Positions 63,217 to 64,000 of a DNA stretch of 64,000 nt are shown piece by piece; the first letter of the stretch is position 1, and each line of letters starts with the position of its first letter. The stretch is from Octopus sinensis (taxonomy: Eukaryota), in the NCBI RefSeq assembly GCF_006345805.1, contig NC_043013.1:12462001-12526000 (forward strand). The letters are read 5' to 3'. A program made the translations under genes and the position numbers. The notes below the pieces were generated by a model. The model was not told the origin of the DNA, did not search any database, and was given only the letters and a program-made list of their open reading frames with translations.

Positions 63217-64000
63217 ATATATATATATCATTTATTCAATGCAAGCAATGATATAATAGGGACCTATGTTTTTTTTTTTTATTTTATTTTTTTCCCCCCG
63301 ATTTACATGTCGGTTTTAATGAAATGCCATATTATAACTAAGTCCGATGCAAGATAATGATTGGTAAAGATTGATCCTTTGAAAAGAAAACAAAAAATTA
63401 TCAGTCAATTTATTTGCCCCCACCCTCCTCCAGAAGAAGAAAGGGCTGGGTGTGACCTTGTTTCCTTGATATTTACTGACCATAATATTTCACATTTTGC
63501 TTCCAGTTTTTTTTTTTTTTCCGAAGAAAAAATTTTTTTCCCTGCTTATTTTTTTTCTTCCATAATCGTCTTCCAAAATAAAAGCTTAACAGTTTTACAG
63601 GGATGTATATGTGTGCGTATGAGTGTGAAGTATACATATATATATTTACATATGTATATATATTATATGTATATATATACCATGTACATAAGAATGTGTA
63701 TAAAGCTGTGTGTGAGTGTGTATATGTTTGTACGTATATGTTTATGTCTATGAAATATATGGACCAATGGATATGAAAGAAGTCAATACCCCTCCCATCT
63801 TCAAGCTCCCTTAATTCTAACTGCTATACTCCCTCTTTTTTTTTACTTCTAAAAATGGGGTCCAAAACTGATTAACTTCGCTGTTTTTTGTTTTTTTATC
63901 TCAAAATTCTTCCAAATGCTCTTCCAATGTTTTTTGCATTTTCTTTTTGTTTGTTTGTTATTGTTGTTTGTTCTTAATTTAAAAATCAAAAAAAAAACAT
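60077..64000 (+). other. Probable long 3' UTR of zfh1/ZEB (end undetermined)
   Basis: Follows the stop codon. AT/U-rich, with no recognisable SINE copy. Candidate AATAAA at 61332, 62150 and 63577, among others. Confidence 0.55.
61805..62005. repeat. ~22-bp minisatellite (tatatatgtatgtatatgtataa) in the probable 3' UTR
   Basis: Direct inspection. Confidence 0.85.

Overview
This is eukaryotic genomic DNA, very likely from an octopod cephalopod (inferred from the AT richness, dense microsatellites and several recurring SINE/MITE families). The window spans one plus-strand gene, a zfh1/ZEB (zag-1/deltaEF1/SIP1 family) zinc-finger homeodomain repressor. Well-supported coding exons are 7321-7869, 25460-25809, 41237-43734, 53249-53441 and 59853-60076, with a weaker candidate first coding exon at 4039-4072. 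All splice phases agree except exon 25460-25809, which is 350 nt where 351 is needed. As assembled, the N-terminal frame therefore stops at a TGA overlapping the ATG of the zinc-finger frame (TGATG, 25705-25709); an assembly error is the simplest explanation, but frameshifting or reinitiation can be tested. The introns hold tRNA-derived SINEs, Helitrons, piggyBac-, hAT- and mariner-derived MITEs, and Penelope-type repeats with minimal hammerhead ribozyme motifs (one with an intact core, in sense orientation). They also hold two ~100-bp foldbacks, a perfect 5 x 88-bp array, and a dense cluster of ZEB-type (C/T)ACCTG sites that suggests autoregulation. Most ORFs in the supplied track are microsatellite or SINE artefacts. 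Transposon boundaries are by-eye approximations unless terminal motifs are given.
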